A stretch of DNA of 64,000 nt from contig NW_027266274.1 in NCBI RefSeq assembly GCF_022045235.1, positions 11,842,001-11,906,000 of the forward strand, given 5' to 3'. This DNA comes from Haliotis cracherodii (taxonomy: Eukaryota). Below the pieces are notes generated by a model, which was given only the letters and a program-made list of their open reading frames with translations, was not told where the DNA came from and searched no databases. Position 1 is the first letter of the stretch. The number at the start of each line of letters is the position of its first letter. Position numbers and translations under genes: made by a program. Positions 37,801-52,159 of this stretch are shown here, piece by piece.

Positions 37801-40800
37801 GTTTCTTCGTGTAAGGTGGCTAAAAAGTAAAAACGTTTTGGGGGAAAAATACTGCCACACCCGTGAAGATCTGGGGTAGAATAGGTCTTCAGCAACCCAT
37901 GCTTGCTGTAAAAGGCGACTAACGGGATCGGGTGGTCAGACTCGGTGACTTGGTTGGTGCATGTCATCGATCCCAATTGCGTGGATGAATGCTCATGATG
38001 TCAATCACTGGATTTTCTGGTCCAGGCTCTACTATTTACAGACCGCCGTCATATAGTTGAAATATTGCTGAGTGCGGCGTTAAACAACAAACAACATTAT
38101 GTTGATACTCAAATGACTGAAAACGAAACAGTTTTGCCTGAAAGGGGGATTATATCTGTCATTTAGAATGTCTATGGGAAAGAATAGCGCCCTGCTGACT
38201 TTTTGAGAATATACAACATGTGGTTTGAATGTTCCTTCTCCCTTGGATTATATATTAAGTATGTAGTATGATTCTGGTCTATATCTAATATTCGTCAGTT
38301 GTTCAGTTGTCTAAGGCGCCGCGATTCGCTGTGCAGAGTTGCGCCCATTGGGCACGCCAGAAACCTATAATTATGGGTTCGAGTCCCGGTTGGCCCCGAT
38401 TATGTTCGAGGTTTGGTTGCACCATACGCGTGCTCGTGGGTTTCACCGAAGTGGTAAACGTCTGAGACCTGTATCACCTCGGGCTTTCCTCCCACATTAA
38501 GCTGATACGCCTTGCACTCACTCTTGTTGACAGGCCAAGGGAAATAACTGATGCCTGGAGCAAGCTATTTCAATCTGGGAATCTAAAAGCACACCCTCAG
38601 ATCAAGAATCTGCGCCTTGCAGCTGTCATGGCGTCAAACGTGTCTGTGAGAACGGTGGCATCTCAACAGACGTTATCGAAGTTCTGTGGAACTCGTGGAA
38701 ACCAAGTACCAGAAAGCTTAATTCATATTGGGAAAGATGGTACATTAAGCTCCTACATTAAGCTGACACGGCGTGATATAACTGGAATACTGCTAAAGCG
38801 GCACTAAACCCAACTCACTCACTCACTCACTCGTGCAATCATCCGATGATCGTTTATCGATTACTAGTTTCACCCTGAATATCATTCTTGGTTTGTCAGC
38901 AATATTTTATCTGTCTAGAACCTGCATCACTTCGGGCTTTTCTCTCCCAAATTAAGCTGACACTCCGTGATATAACTCAAATACTGTTCTTGGGGCGTGA
39001 AAGCACACTCGTACTCTCTCAGTTGCATTTTGTTATATTTATCTTTGTCATTGTGTCTAGTTTGTTCGCGTACTGGAATATGTGCACCATGTACAATCAT
39101 ATGGCTCGATTCGGGATGGCAGTCATTCCTGATGACATTTCATTACCTTTTAGCCTAAAATATCTGTCCATAATAAAGGGATGGAACTGTTTCTTAGATC
39201 ATCGCAATTAGCACACCACATTCATCCTTTCGATTCTGTGTGAGTTCCAAAACAAATCTTGTAAATCAACTAACATTATGCCTTCACAGAAAAATTCATC
39301 TGTCACAAAGACGCGCGTGTTTGATTGTCTGTTTAGGCAGATAATTGACACTGGTTACTCTCTGGCGCTGACTTTTTCTATTTACATTATAGCACAAAAC
39401 GGGGGAACCGTCTCCAGTCACCTGTATTATGGCATCACATAAATGATCCAGTCCGACCCAGGAAATCGACAGGTTGTCACCACGACCAACGATCAAAGCC
39501 GTGAGGATACCACGACACATAGGGGCAGATCATTCACTGTAACTATCAGATCATCATTAGTCGGATCTTAACACAATCATAGCCTACAGGGGACCTAATC
39601 AGCACTGGAATCCTCACGCGAAACAAGCTTAGAGAGCTCGGGACCAATTTAGCCCTGGAATCCCCAGGTGAGAGAGCGCGGGATACTGAGTACCATTCAG
39701 CCCTGGAATCTTCACGTGGCATTGCGGCTATCCTTTGGAGAGGCATTGTAAATGACGCAACATTTTTAACTATCCTAATGCCATTCCAATTGATTACGTT
39801 TTTGAAATGCTTCAACAAAATATCACTTAGTCCTGCTGTTAGAGTGGTTTGTAAAATATGTTGACAATGTGTCTTGTCTCATTTTCATGCAAACCATCCC
39901 TATACTTAAGAGTTTGACATGAGTGATAAATGTGCACGACTCCCATCACTTTGGGTTTCCATTCTGAAGTGCTGGATTAAGCGGCGTTATCCTATACACA
40001 CTCAAGCGCCCAACACAATACAATCCAATGAAATCCAAAAACAGACAATCGCCATATGAAAGGAAGTATTTCAAAATCTCAGAGTTGTTGTTTATCGTTT
40101 AACAATGTTCTTTCAGAGATAGGCCAGTGAATATTTTCTTCCATTATGTAATCGTTAAGTTGAATAGTGATCATACAAGGTGTTCGCGAGAAGGTGAGAG
40201 TATCCTGCTACACCTGAGGCACACCCGTCACAAATACACGCAAAGGTAAGTTTATTTTCACCTGAAAGAAAAAAACCACGAGAACATGTTGTACAATTAA
40301 AAGTAGGGAATTGCACTGGATATCATTTCTGTCACTGATGCGTCAAATTTGGAAATTCCCCCACGTGTCTGCCATAAAAAATGGAAGCTTTACTCAGGTC
40401 TTGAATGTTGTCAGCTTGATTAACCAACTTCTGAAAGAGTTGTATGACGCTTTAAGAAATGCAATCGGATTGTAATATTTATGACATTCACTGGGTGTGT
40501 TTTATGTTGTTTCCTTGCATGACAATACAGCAATCCAATCAAGAGCCATCTGAAGAAAATGTACATGTACACAATATCGTTTAACAAGGTTCTTTCAGAG
40601 ATAGGCCAGTGAATATTTTTTTCCATTATGTAATCGTTAAGTTGAATAGTGATCATACAAGGTGTTCGTGAGAAGGTGAGAGTATCCTGCTGCACCTGAG
40701 GCACCCGTCACAAATACACGCAAAGGTAAGTTAATTTTCACATGAAAAAAACAACAACCAACGAGAACATATTGTACAATTAAAAGTAGGGCATTGCATC

Positions 40801-43800
40801 GGATATCATTTCTGTCACTGGTGCATCAAATTTGGAAAGAGTTGAATGACCCTCTGAGAAATGCAATCGGGTGGTAATATTTATCACATTCACTGGGTGT
40901 ATTTTATGTTGTTTCCTTGCATGACAATACAGCAATCCAATCAAGAGGCATCTGAAGAAAATATAGATGGGTTTCCCAATAATCGGTGAACCAATAAACA
41001 ATCAACAGTTCAGGTGGTCATGGCGCTTTCCCTGGTTTATGTCCCCAAGGAGGTCAGTAGGTAACTGGAAACATGTACAATGGTGTTAACAAGTCTATTT
41101 CAGGAATGCCGCTCAAGTAAAATGTACGTGTGAAACGAATGCTATTCACATTTTAGTGCAAGTATTGTGACTGAAGCGTGATACTTGAGTGCACCATGTC
41201 AGGATCCAGACGAATGGATTGCTGTTTTATTTCCCTAGTTCATATTACCGCGCCTGCTGATGAAAGCTTCTATGGTTCTTAGTATTAGGTACAATTTATC
41301 ACGTCCACTTCACGGCCCAAGTGCATTTTGATATAGACCAATGTCTTCTGCATCAGAGTTTAAATTACGAGTGTTATATCGTTGTCCTTTCTGGACATAA
41401 TGCCAATCAGGGGATATGTAGACGTCTTTATCCACTCCATGTATGAGATCATCCAAGTAACCAACTGGGCAAGGGGTCTAGCAGCAGCTAATATCACTAA
41501 ATATACCAATAAAGAAGAATACTCTTTACAAATACATCAGTTAAATGGGATTGATATTGCAACAGGTTCTCACACAAATGCAATCAATACAACATTGATT
41601 AAATGTGTGAGAGAGAGATCCACACATTGTCAATTGTTATAACAGATAATCAGAGAACGTGTACATGTGCGATTTTTAGAGCAGGCTGTGATTTAATCAA
41701 AAGATCGGAAACGTTGGTGATGCTTATACTCTGTGTACTCTTGTCATGTGGAAACAAACTGACACCACTCAATCTTACAGCAGCAAATCCATATGCACAA
41801 AGTCAACATTATCATGAACGTACAGTGATGAAAACGGTGTCTAGACCCAGCAGTTGCCCCTGCCGTTGGTGAAACCTTGGTGACAAAAAACTGGAGTGAG
41901 TAATGATTGCTTAAAGCCGCATCTGTCATTTTTTGCAGCTAATCTTGCAGAGGGGAGACTCGTGGTTCAAATCCGGGAAAAACGTGGGAACTTAAAGCGA
42001 CTACACCCACTGCCAACGCGAGGCGGAGGATGTTTTTATCAGGACGTGCCTTCTGTTGACTGGGTTAAATGTGGCATAAAAATGACAAAGAGAGATCCAC
42101 ACATTGTCAGTTGTTATCACAGATAATCGGAGAACGTGTACATGTGCGATGTTTCGAGCAGGCTGTGATTTAATCAAAAGATCGGAAACGTTAGTGATGC
42201 TTATACTCTGTGTACTCTTGTCATGTGAAAACAAATTGACACCATTCAATCTTACAGCAGCGTATCTTGTACCACCGTCAAATTTGGAAATGTCCCCCAC
42301 ACGTCTGTTATAAAACTTTTTGAAAGCATTACCGAGGCATTGAATATTGTAACCATGATCAAACAACTTCTGAGCAAGAGTCGTATGAAACTCGTTGAAT
42401 TCTTCGTTGAAAGAACAGGCTCGATTATACCGCAACAGTTATGCAATGTAGACACCAAATGCAGGAGCTGCCAAAGATTTTTTTCCATATACCATAGGTA
42501 TACAATGGTTGACATAACTGGTGGCTATCAAGCTGAATTGAAAACACAAATGCCATTTAACCTTTGTCTGAGAAACAAGTAGATACAATTACACTGTCTA
42601 ATATGTATTGGGTTGTCTGACCAAATTCCATATATTGTCTTTAGAACATCCATGTAAGTGCTATGACGCCACGAGACCTTATGAAGCAACACAACCCACA
42701 GCGCTGTTAAACAGCATTACAATTAACTTGTCAGTGTGGGCAGCTGGGTAGTAGTTAAGTGCTCGCCCATCACTTCTGGAACTCGGGTTCGATTCCCTGC
42801 ATAGTTAAAGTCACGTTTTCCCCCTGTCATTTTAATGTGAAAATTTGCTTACGCCATTATCTAAACAGAGGTTGTTTTTCAAGATTTTACCACATCCTTG
42901 GGTACACGGTTGACCCAGTCGTTTAGTTCAGAGTTGCATCCTTTAGTTGTGTCAGAATCCTATAACATTACATCGTAAACCAGATTGTTCCTAATTTTGA
43001 TTGTTGTTGTGTAATAATCAAACCATGCTTGTGGGTTATACCAAAGTGGTTATTGTCTAATGAGATAGGTTATACTGCAAGCTTACCTCCAGATCCAGTT
43101 GGTAGGCATTTATGTAACCTAAACAGTGTTACAGTAATTCTGCTGCACGGAAACACTCCCTCACCAAACCCTATGCATCTTTTCCATGATGTCCATTCCA
43201 TGTCATAACTTTGCCGCAGTGTAAACTGCTTGAGTGTACCGCTAGAGACACACATCGATTTATGCACTAGAGTCGCCCACCTATTACACCAGAAATACGA
43301 ATACCAGCAGAGACCAAACAAGAAACCTCGCAATGTCGTTATCAAGTGATCATGCACAGCGAGAGTTAGCAGCTCGTCAGGAACATGTGATTTTCTTAGT
43401 GTTCCTACTTGGTGTATGTACTTTTCTGTCAAGAATGTGTTCTTATATGAGAACTGATTTAGTCTACTTATTACCAAAATTAGCTGCAAATGTCTGTCTG
43501 AAATGTTCTCTCTTATGAGAACATATAGTACTCACAAAAGAAAATATTCCAAAATCATCATTACTCATAACGGGAAAAGAAAGTATCCTATGATTATCAA
43601 TCCCGTTATGTTTATTGAGACAACTTACCAATACAAAATAACAGATCACTTGCTTGTCACGTCATAATCACCTCACCGTGAGACCTTCGGCGGATACTGT
43701 GTAGATCCATACAAGTATGTCATCAGCTGATGTAACTTGTCAACTCGTAGTGAGGAATTCGTTACTTGTGTCAGTAGCGTGGTGTCTTCGATTCAGTTAG

Positions 43801-46800
43801 CTGGAGGTGTTTAGTAAGAAGAAGCTGCGAGGGTCCAGTCCAAGGTCTTGAGTGACCCCAATTTTCCATCGGTCGAAGCCTTCAAATTTGAAGAATATTT
43901 GCAAATGTGGACATCGTTGGATTGCAATTGATCCCTGGTGTTGTTTCAATATATCATATGATTTAATTTACTTTTGGGGAAGTTCAAGTTAGAATGGTTG
44001 AAACATTACGATTATTTGTCCATAGGGTTCTGTGCCAGGGTGTGCTGATCACTATTTAGAATCACAATTAGACACAACATATATTGCATGGAGCATAAAC
44101 ATTGACTAATGTATGGTGAGGCTAAAATGGTACCAGCAGTCACCTGTGTTAATCGATAGATTCAGTGACTTGCTTGGTTGCGCGTCAAGGATCCACGACA
44201 GCTTTTTGACAACATCGATGACAGATTTGTCTACGCTCGTCCACGTGTTGTATGTATATTTTTTGCTTTGTCCCATTGTCGATATTATGTTGCTTTTGAA
44301 ACACTTTGAGGTTGTTGTGATGGCAAAGATGTCATGGCAAAGAGGTCATGATATATCACAAGATCACCATACCCATATCATCTCTATAATGAAAGCGTAA
44401 AAAATATGTCCACTAAATCTCTGTCCATTGTACGATTCCGACTACACCATGAACATCAAATAGTGATGATATCAGGTGTACCGCTAAAAGGTGAGCTTAT
44501 CCAGCCATATCCAGTGGCATCCATGACAAAGGCATGTAAAGGCAAGCCAATTGTTAACCTGAAAAAACACGTTGATAAGACATGTGAAAATGGTATTTGA
44601 GATTAGCGTCTCATAGAACAGTATTAAGCGTAGTCTGCCTCACAGTCCCTAAACCATATTGTTTCCCTTCTGCTCAGCCCTTTCTGTAATGGAAATGCCT
44701 TAAATGAAGCAAGTCTTTTTGTTTTGGTTCAGTCTCTGTTATCTGCAAGAAAACTAACCCATGATCACTTCAGGGTTCGGAGTTCAGGGTAAACATATCA
44801 AACTGCCACGACAGGCTGGACCAACATCTTCACCAATGGTCAGGAATCGTCTCTGTACCTGTCAATGCTTAATTAGCAGGAACAGAGTGAAACAAGAAGC
44901 TGGTGAGGCTCGGACCAGGTCCTGCAGTATGTGTGTGAAATATGTAAGAGACTCTTTGAACGCAGTCTAAAACGTTCGATAGGCAAGTCTAGCTATACCT
45001 ATCTAGAAGTTACTCCATGGAGAAAGGCTTCTTATTAAATATATTTAGTTAATATTAGTATATCTATCTTCAATGACTAAGCGTTAGTCCAAAATGAGCG
45101 TTGAGCAGTGATCACATCTTATAACTTTCAAAGCTCTTTGACGCTTCCTTTTACATTTTTGAGAACACTGCGACATACATTGACCTGACGTTCAAAGTCG
45201 ACAACGTGTGGTCTCAAATTTACTTTAGAATTCCACTCGATAACTTAAGAATAAGCTACTCGAAACTTGTAATAAAGTTTTAATGGTCCCTAGTGGGGAA
45301 ACGCAGTTCTCCGCCTTACACTAAGTCTATTTATTCAGAACTCATCCATCGTTGTTAGTTCTTTCTCAAATTGATTGCCAAGTATGACGTCCTTTGTCAA
45401 ACAGTGCTGTCCGGTACAATCTACGTACACCCTGGGAATGTTTTATATTCCAAGTGATGGATGTGCACAAGTATGTCTACACCATGGGTGTCTGGGGCAG
45501 AATGACCCTGCTTTTACAACACACCTGCTTCCCGTGAGTTTGTTAAGTGCTTAGATAGCCGAGCATTAGGTCAACCCAAACAAACGGGAATGAAAGTACG
45601 AGAGGGGTTTAAATCTTCTTCAAAAAGCTAATAAATAAATTGTAATTGATTACATGGCATTTGGTGTCTAATTATACAATTTTTGGGGCAGGTGGGCGAG
45701 CTTGTATTATTATCAGTGTGTTGAACTGTCGCTGGTTTCAAATCGTCGTCTTTTGTGCAGATGATTGATAAGAAATCTGTGAAAGTTTTATGGTAGGCCT
45801 TTCCGTTTATAACTATTGACTTCAATATATGTTTCTTCGTGTAAGGTGGCTAAAAAGTAAAAACGTTTTGGGGAAAAAATACTGCCACACCCGTGAAGAT
45901 CTGGGGTAGAATAGGTCTTCAGCAACCCATGCTTGCTGTAAAAGGCGACTAACGGGATCGGGTGGTCAGACTCGGTGACTTGGTTGGTGCATGTCATCGA
46001 TCCCAATTGCGTGGATGAATGCTCATGATGTCAATCACTGGATTTTCTGGTCCAGGCTCTACTATTTACAGACCGCCGTCATATAGTTGAAATATTGCTG
46101 AGTGCGGCGTTAAACAACAAACAACATTATGTTGATACTCAAATGACTGAAAACGAAACAGTTTTGCCTGAAAGGGGGATTATATCTGTCATTTAGAATG
46201 TCTATGGGAAAGAATAGCGCCCTGCTGACTTTTTGAGAATATACAACATGTGGTTTGAATGTTCCTTCTCCCTTGGATTATATATTAAGTATGTAGTATG
46301 ATTCTGGTCTATATCTAATATTCGTCAGTTGTTCAGTTGTCTAAGGCGCCGCGATTCGCTGTGCAGAGTTGCGCCCATTGGGCACGCCAGAAACCTATAA
46401 TTATGGGTTCGAGTCCCGGTTGGCCCCGATTATGTTCGAGGTTTGGTTGCACCATACGCGTGCTCGTGGGTTTCACCGAAGTGGTAAACGTCTGAGACCT
46501 GTATCACCTCGGGCTTTCCTCCCACATTAAGCTGATACGCCTTGCACTCACTCTTGTTGACAGGCCAAGGGAAATAACTGATGCCTGGAGCAAGCTATTT
46601 CAATCTGGGAATCTAAAAGCACACCCTCAGATCAAGAATCTGCGCCTTGCAGCTGTCATGGCGTCAAACGTGTCTGTGAGAACGGTGGCATCTCAACAGA
46701 CGTTATCGAAGTTCTGTGGAACTCGTGGAAACCAAGTACCAGAAAGCTTAATTCATATTGGGAAAGATGGTACATTAAGCTCCTACATTAAGCTGACACG

Positions 46801-49800
46801 GCGTGATATAACTGGAATACTGCTAAAGCGGCACTAAACCCAACTCACTCACTCACTCACTCGTGCAATCATCCGATGATCGTTTATCGATTACTAGTTT
46901 CACCCTGAATATCATTCTTGGTTTGTCAGCAATATTTTATCTGTCTAGAACCTGCATCACTTCGGGCTTTTCTCTCCCAAATTAAGCTGACACTCCGTGA
47001 TATAACTCAAATACTGTTCTTGGGGCGTGAAAGCACACTCGTACTCTCTCAGTTGCATTTTGTTATATTTATCTTTGTCATTGTGTCTAGTTTGTTCGCG
47101 TACTGGAATATGTGCACCATGTACAATCATATGGCTCGATTCGGGATGGCAGTCATTCCTGATGACATTTCATTACCTTTTAGCCTAAAATATCTGTCCA
47201 TAATAAAGGGATGGAACTGTTTCTTAGATCATCGCAATTAGCACACCACATTCATCCTTTCGATTCTGTGTGAGTTCCAAAACAAATCTTGTAAATCAAC
47301 TAACATTATGCCTTCACAGAAAAATTCATCTGTCACAAAGACGCGCGTGTTTGGCAGATAATTGACACTGGTTACTCTCTGGCGCTGACTTTTTCTATTT
47401 ACATTATAGCACAAAACGGGGGAACCGTCTCCAGTCACCTGTATTATGGCATCACATAAATGATCCAGTCCGACCCAGGAAATCGACAGGTTGTCACCAC
47501 GACCAACGATCAAAGCCGTGAGGATACCACGACACATAGGGGCAGATCATTCACTGTAACTATCAGATCATCATTAGTCGGATCTTAACACAATCATAGC
47601 CTACAGGGGACCTAATCAGCACTGGAATCCTCACGCGAAACAAGCTTAGAGAGCTCGGGACCAATTTAGCCCTGGAATCCCCAGGTGAGAGAGCGCGGGA
47701 TACTGAGTACCATTCAGCCCTGGAATCTTCACGTGGCATTGCGGCTATCCTTTGGAGAGGCATTGTAAATGACGCAACATTTTTAACTATCCTAATGCCA
47801 TTCCAATTGATTACGTTTTTGAAATGCTTCAACAAAATATCACTTAGTCCTGCTGTTAGAGTGGTTTGTAAAATATGTTGACAATGTGTCTTGTCTCATT
47901 TTCATGCAAACCATCCCTATACTTAAGAGTTTGACATGAGTGATAAATGTGCACGACTCCCATCACTTTGGGTTTCCATTCTGAAGTGCTGGATTAAGCG
48001 GCGTTATCCTATACACACTCAAGCGCCCAACACAATACAATCCAATGAAATCCAAAAACAGACAATCGCCATATGAAAGGAAGTATTTCAAAATCTCAGA
48101 GTTGTTGTTTATCGTTTAACAATGTTCTTTCAGAGATAGGCCAGTGAATATTTTCTTCCATTATGTAATCGTTAAGTTGAATAGTGATCATACAAGGTGT
48201 TCGCGAGAAGGTGAGAGTATCCTGCTACACCTGAGGCACACCCGTCACAAATACACGCAAAGGTAAGTTTATTTTCACCTGAAAGAAAAAAACCACGAGA
48301 ACATGTTGTACAATTAAAAGTAGGGAATTGCACTGGATATCATTTCTGTCACTGATGCGTCAAATTTGGAAATTCCCCCACGTGTCTGTCATAAAAAATG
48401 GAAGCTTTACTCAGGTCTTGAATGTTGTCAGCTTGATTAACCAACTTCTGAAAGAGTTGTATGACGCTTTAAGAAATGAAATCGGATTGTAATATTTATG
48501 ACATTCACTGGGTGTGTTTTATGTTGTTTCCTTGCATGACAATACAGCAATCCAATCAAGAGCCATCTGAAGAAAATGTACATGTTCACAATATCGTTTA
48601 ACAAGGTTCTTTCAGAGATAGGCCAGTGAATATTTTTTTCCATTATGTAATCGTTAAGTTGAATAGTGATCATACAAGGTGTTCGTGAGAAGGTGAGAGT
48701 ATCCTGCTGCACCTGAGGCACCCGTCACAAATACACGCAAAGGTAAGTTAATTTTCACATGAAAAAAACAACAACCAACGAGAACATATTGTACAATTAA
48801 AAGTAGGGCATTGCATCGGATATCATTTCTGTCACTGGTGCATCAAATTTGGAAAGAGTTGAATGACCCTCTGAGAAATGCAATCGGGTGGTAATATTTA
48901 TCACATTCACTGGGTGTATTTTATGTTGTTTCCTTGCATGACAATACAGCAATCCAATCAAGAGGCATCTGAAGAAAATATAGATGGGTTTCCCAATAAT
49001 CGGTGAACCAATAAACAATCAACAGTTCAGGTGGTCATGGCGCTTTCCCTGGTTTATGTCCCCAAGGAGGTCAGTAGGTAACTGGAAACATGTACAATGG
49101 TGTTAACAAGTCTATTTCAGGAATGCCGCTCAAGTAAAATGTACGTGTGAAACGAATGCTATTCACATTTTAGTGCAAGTATTGTGACTGAAGCGTGATA
49201 CTTGAGTGCACCATGTCAGGATCCAGACGAATGGATTGCTGTTTTATTTCCCTAGTTCATATTACCGCGCCTGCTGATGAAAGCTTCTATGGTTCTTAGT
49301 ATTAGGTACAATTTATCACGTCCACTTCACGGCCCAAGTGCATTTTGATATAGACCAATGTCTTCTGCATCAGAGTTTAAATTACGAGTGTTATATCGTT
49401 GTCCTTTCTGGATCAGGGGTTATGTAGACGTCTTTATTCACTCCATGTATGAGATCATCCAAGTAACCAACTGGGCAAGGGGTCCAGCAGCAGCTAATAT
49501 CACTAAATATACCAATAAAGAAGAATACTCTTTACAAATACATCAGTTAAATGGGATTGATATTGCAACAGGTTCTCACACAAATGCAATCAATACAACA
49601 TTGATTAAATGTGTGAGAGAGAGATCCACACATTGTCAATTGTTATAACAGATAATCAGAGAACGTGTACATGTGCGATTTTTAGAGCAGGCTGTGATTT
49701 AATCAAAAGATCGGAAACGTTGGTGATGCTTATACTCTGTGTGCTCTTTTCATGTGGAAACAAACTGACACCACTCAATCTTACAGCAGCAAACCCATAT

Positions 49801-50442
49801 GCACAAAGTCAACATTATCATGAACGTACAGTGATGAAAACGGTGTCTAGACCCAGCAGTTGCCCCTGCCGTTGGTGAAACCTTGGTGAGAAAAAACTGG
49901 AGTGAGTAATGATTGCTTAAAGCCGCATCTGTCATTTTTTGCAGCTAATCTTGCAGAGGGGAGACTCGTGGTTCAAATCCGGGAAAAACGTGGGAACTTA
50001 TAGCGACTACACCCACTGCCAACGCGAGGCGGAGGATGTTTTTATCAGGACGTGCCTTCTGTTGACTGGGTTAAATGTGGCATAAAAATGACAAAGAGAT
50101 CATACCATGCTTGTGGGTTATACCAAAGTGGTTATTGTCTAAGGAGACGAGGTTTTACTGCAAGCTTACCTCCAGATCCAGTTGGTAGGCATTTGTGTAA
50201 CCTAAACAGTGTTACAGTAATTCTACTGCACGGAAACACTCCCTCACCAAACCCTATGCATCTTTTCCATGATGTTCATTCCATGTCACAACTTTGCCGC
50301 AGTGTAACCTGCTTGAGTGTACCGCTAGAGACACACATCGATTTATGCACTAGAGTCGCCCACCTATTACATCAGAAATACGAATACCAGCAGAGACCAA
50401 ACAAGAAACCTCGCAATGTCGTTATCAAGTGATCATGCACAG

Positions 50443-52139
50443 TTTAATCTTAGAATATGATCTAGACACGAGTGTCCCTTCCTGAAGCCACTTTGGTCAG
50501 GTTTTATGTGATTGCCAGTTTCAAGATGATGCATGAGCCTTTTTGTAACCATGGCTTCCATGGCTTTGCACATGTTTGAGGTGAGTGAAATCGGTCGATA
50601 AGAGTTTGGTAGGGTTTCTTCTTTCCCTTGCTTTAGCAGCGGGATAACCGCAGCATGTTTCCATGCTTTTGGGACTTCTCCTTTGGACCATATCGTGTTA
50701 TACAACTCAGTGAGTAAGCCTTTGGTTTGATCAGGTAGGTTTTTCAATATCTCGTAGCTGGTTGTGTCAAGACCAGGTGCTGTGCCGTTTCTATGTTGTA
50801 TCGCATCATCAAACTCTGTCACAGTAAATGGTATATTGTATACCAGATGCTTGCTTTGAGGCCGTTTTGAGATCTTAGGCATAAGCATTTTTTCCTGTTT
50901 GAATTCTTCGCTGCAATTTGTGTTGCTGCTGACAGATGAGAAGTGCTCAGCTAGAATGTTGGCCTTTTCTTTGACTGTATGGGCGTTGGCTAACTTGGGA
51001 ATTTTTGTGGGTTTCCGCTTACCCCTGATTGCGTGTATTTTGCTCCAGACTGTTTTAGCATTTGTTTTCTCATTAAGGGATTTGCAGAAGGTCTGCCATG
51101 ACTCTTTTTTAGAATCGTCTATGAGTTGTCTTACTTTCGTCCTGGCTGCTCGGACTTGGGCAAAGGCTGATTTATCCCTTTTTGACCTATTTAGGGCTTT
51201 CTTTCTCACTCTCCTAGCTTTTGCTATTTCCCTGTTCCACCATGGTACCGGCGTTTTGCCAGTTTTGTGGTCTTTTTTGGGAATTGATTTTTCAGCTGCG
51301 GCAATAATTGCTGAGGTGAGATTTTGGCAAAAAAGATCAGGATCATCCGAGACAATTTCTGAGGACTTGAATGATATACATTCCTTCCTGCATTTAGGCC
51401 AGTCAGCCTTTGCATAGTCCCCTGTGGGCTGAGGATCGGGCTGTTCCTCTAATTGTGGTGGGCTACCTATGTAGGTGAGTATAGGAAGGTGATCGCTTCC
51501 CCAAGTGTCGTCATGGACTTGCCATTGGCAATGTGAGGCGAGGTGTTTGGTGGCAATTGTAAGATCAATTGAACTCCACGTGTTGTGGACTTGGTCATAA
51601 CGTGTGTGACTGCCGTTGTTCAGAGTTATGAGATTGTCGTCCTCAACCCATTTCTCTACCATTTTGCCGTATTTGCATGAATCATTCCTGTCTTCCCAAA
51701 GAGGGCTGTGGGCATTAAAGTCACCAAGGATTATCCCATTTTTGCCTACTATTTGAGCTAGTCTTGTTAGCTCTTCCATGTTCGTTTCATGGGTAACCCT
51801 GTGATATATGTTAGCTATGCGTAATTCGTTGCCATTTGCCAGTTTTAGGGAGATTACTTGGGTTTCAAGGTTTCCTACGTTTGCTTCAATATTCTTGGAG
51901 GTACAGCTGTCGTGGACAAGGGTGATTAGTCCTCCTCCCTTGTTGCCAGGCATAAGTCTTTTTCTGTCTTTTCTATGTTGGGTGTACCCAGGTAGTGTGA
52001 ATTTGGCTTTTTCACTGAGTTTAGTCTCCTGTATTAGAATGACATGAGGCTTGATCACCTTTTTTTTGACGAGTGCAGTCAGTTCATTGCCGTGGCTCTT
52101 AAGGCCATTTGCGTTCCACTGTAGTAAAAGCAAGTCCAT
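50443..52139 (-). CDS. LINE A ORF2: AP-like endonuclease plus start of reverse transcriptase (truncated)
   Basis: Endonuclease motifs are QWNANGL, ILIQET, GGGLITLV, IANIY, ILGDFNAH, LNNGSHT, SSIDLTI and GSDHLPI. Linker and RT motifs are PWW, APGLD, YRPISLTS and QSGFRKG. The ORF-track stop at 50433 lies in array sequence. Confidence 0.93.
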
Positions 52140-52159
52140 GATAATTTACAGATGAGCGC

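Larger units (their letters stand above)
15021..50442. repeat. Tandem array of a 7.4-8.0-kb unit, about 4.5 copies
   Basis: Units start at GTTGTTCAG at 15021, 22377, 30280, 38298 and 46328. Lengths are 7356, 7903, 8018 and 8030 bp, plus a 4115-bp partial copy. Identical ORF translations recur at this period (20162/28199/36083/44113). Confidence 0.97.

Noticed and set aside
15754-49935. Recurrent 60-144-aa ORFs in the array as a tandem gene family
   Set aside because: They recur only because the DNA is duplicated. They are antisense or off-frame TE pieces or have no motifs, and indels between units change them freely.
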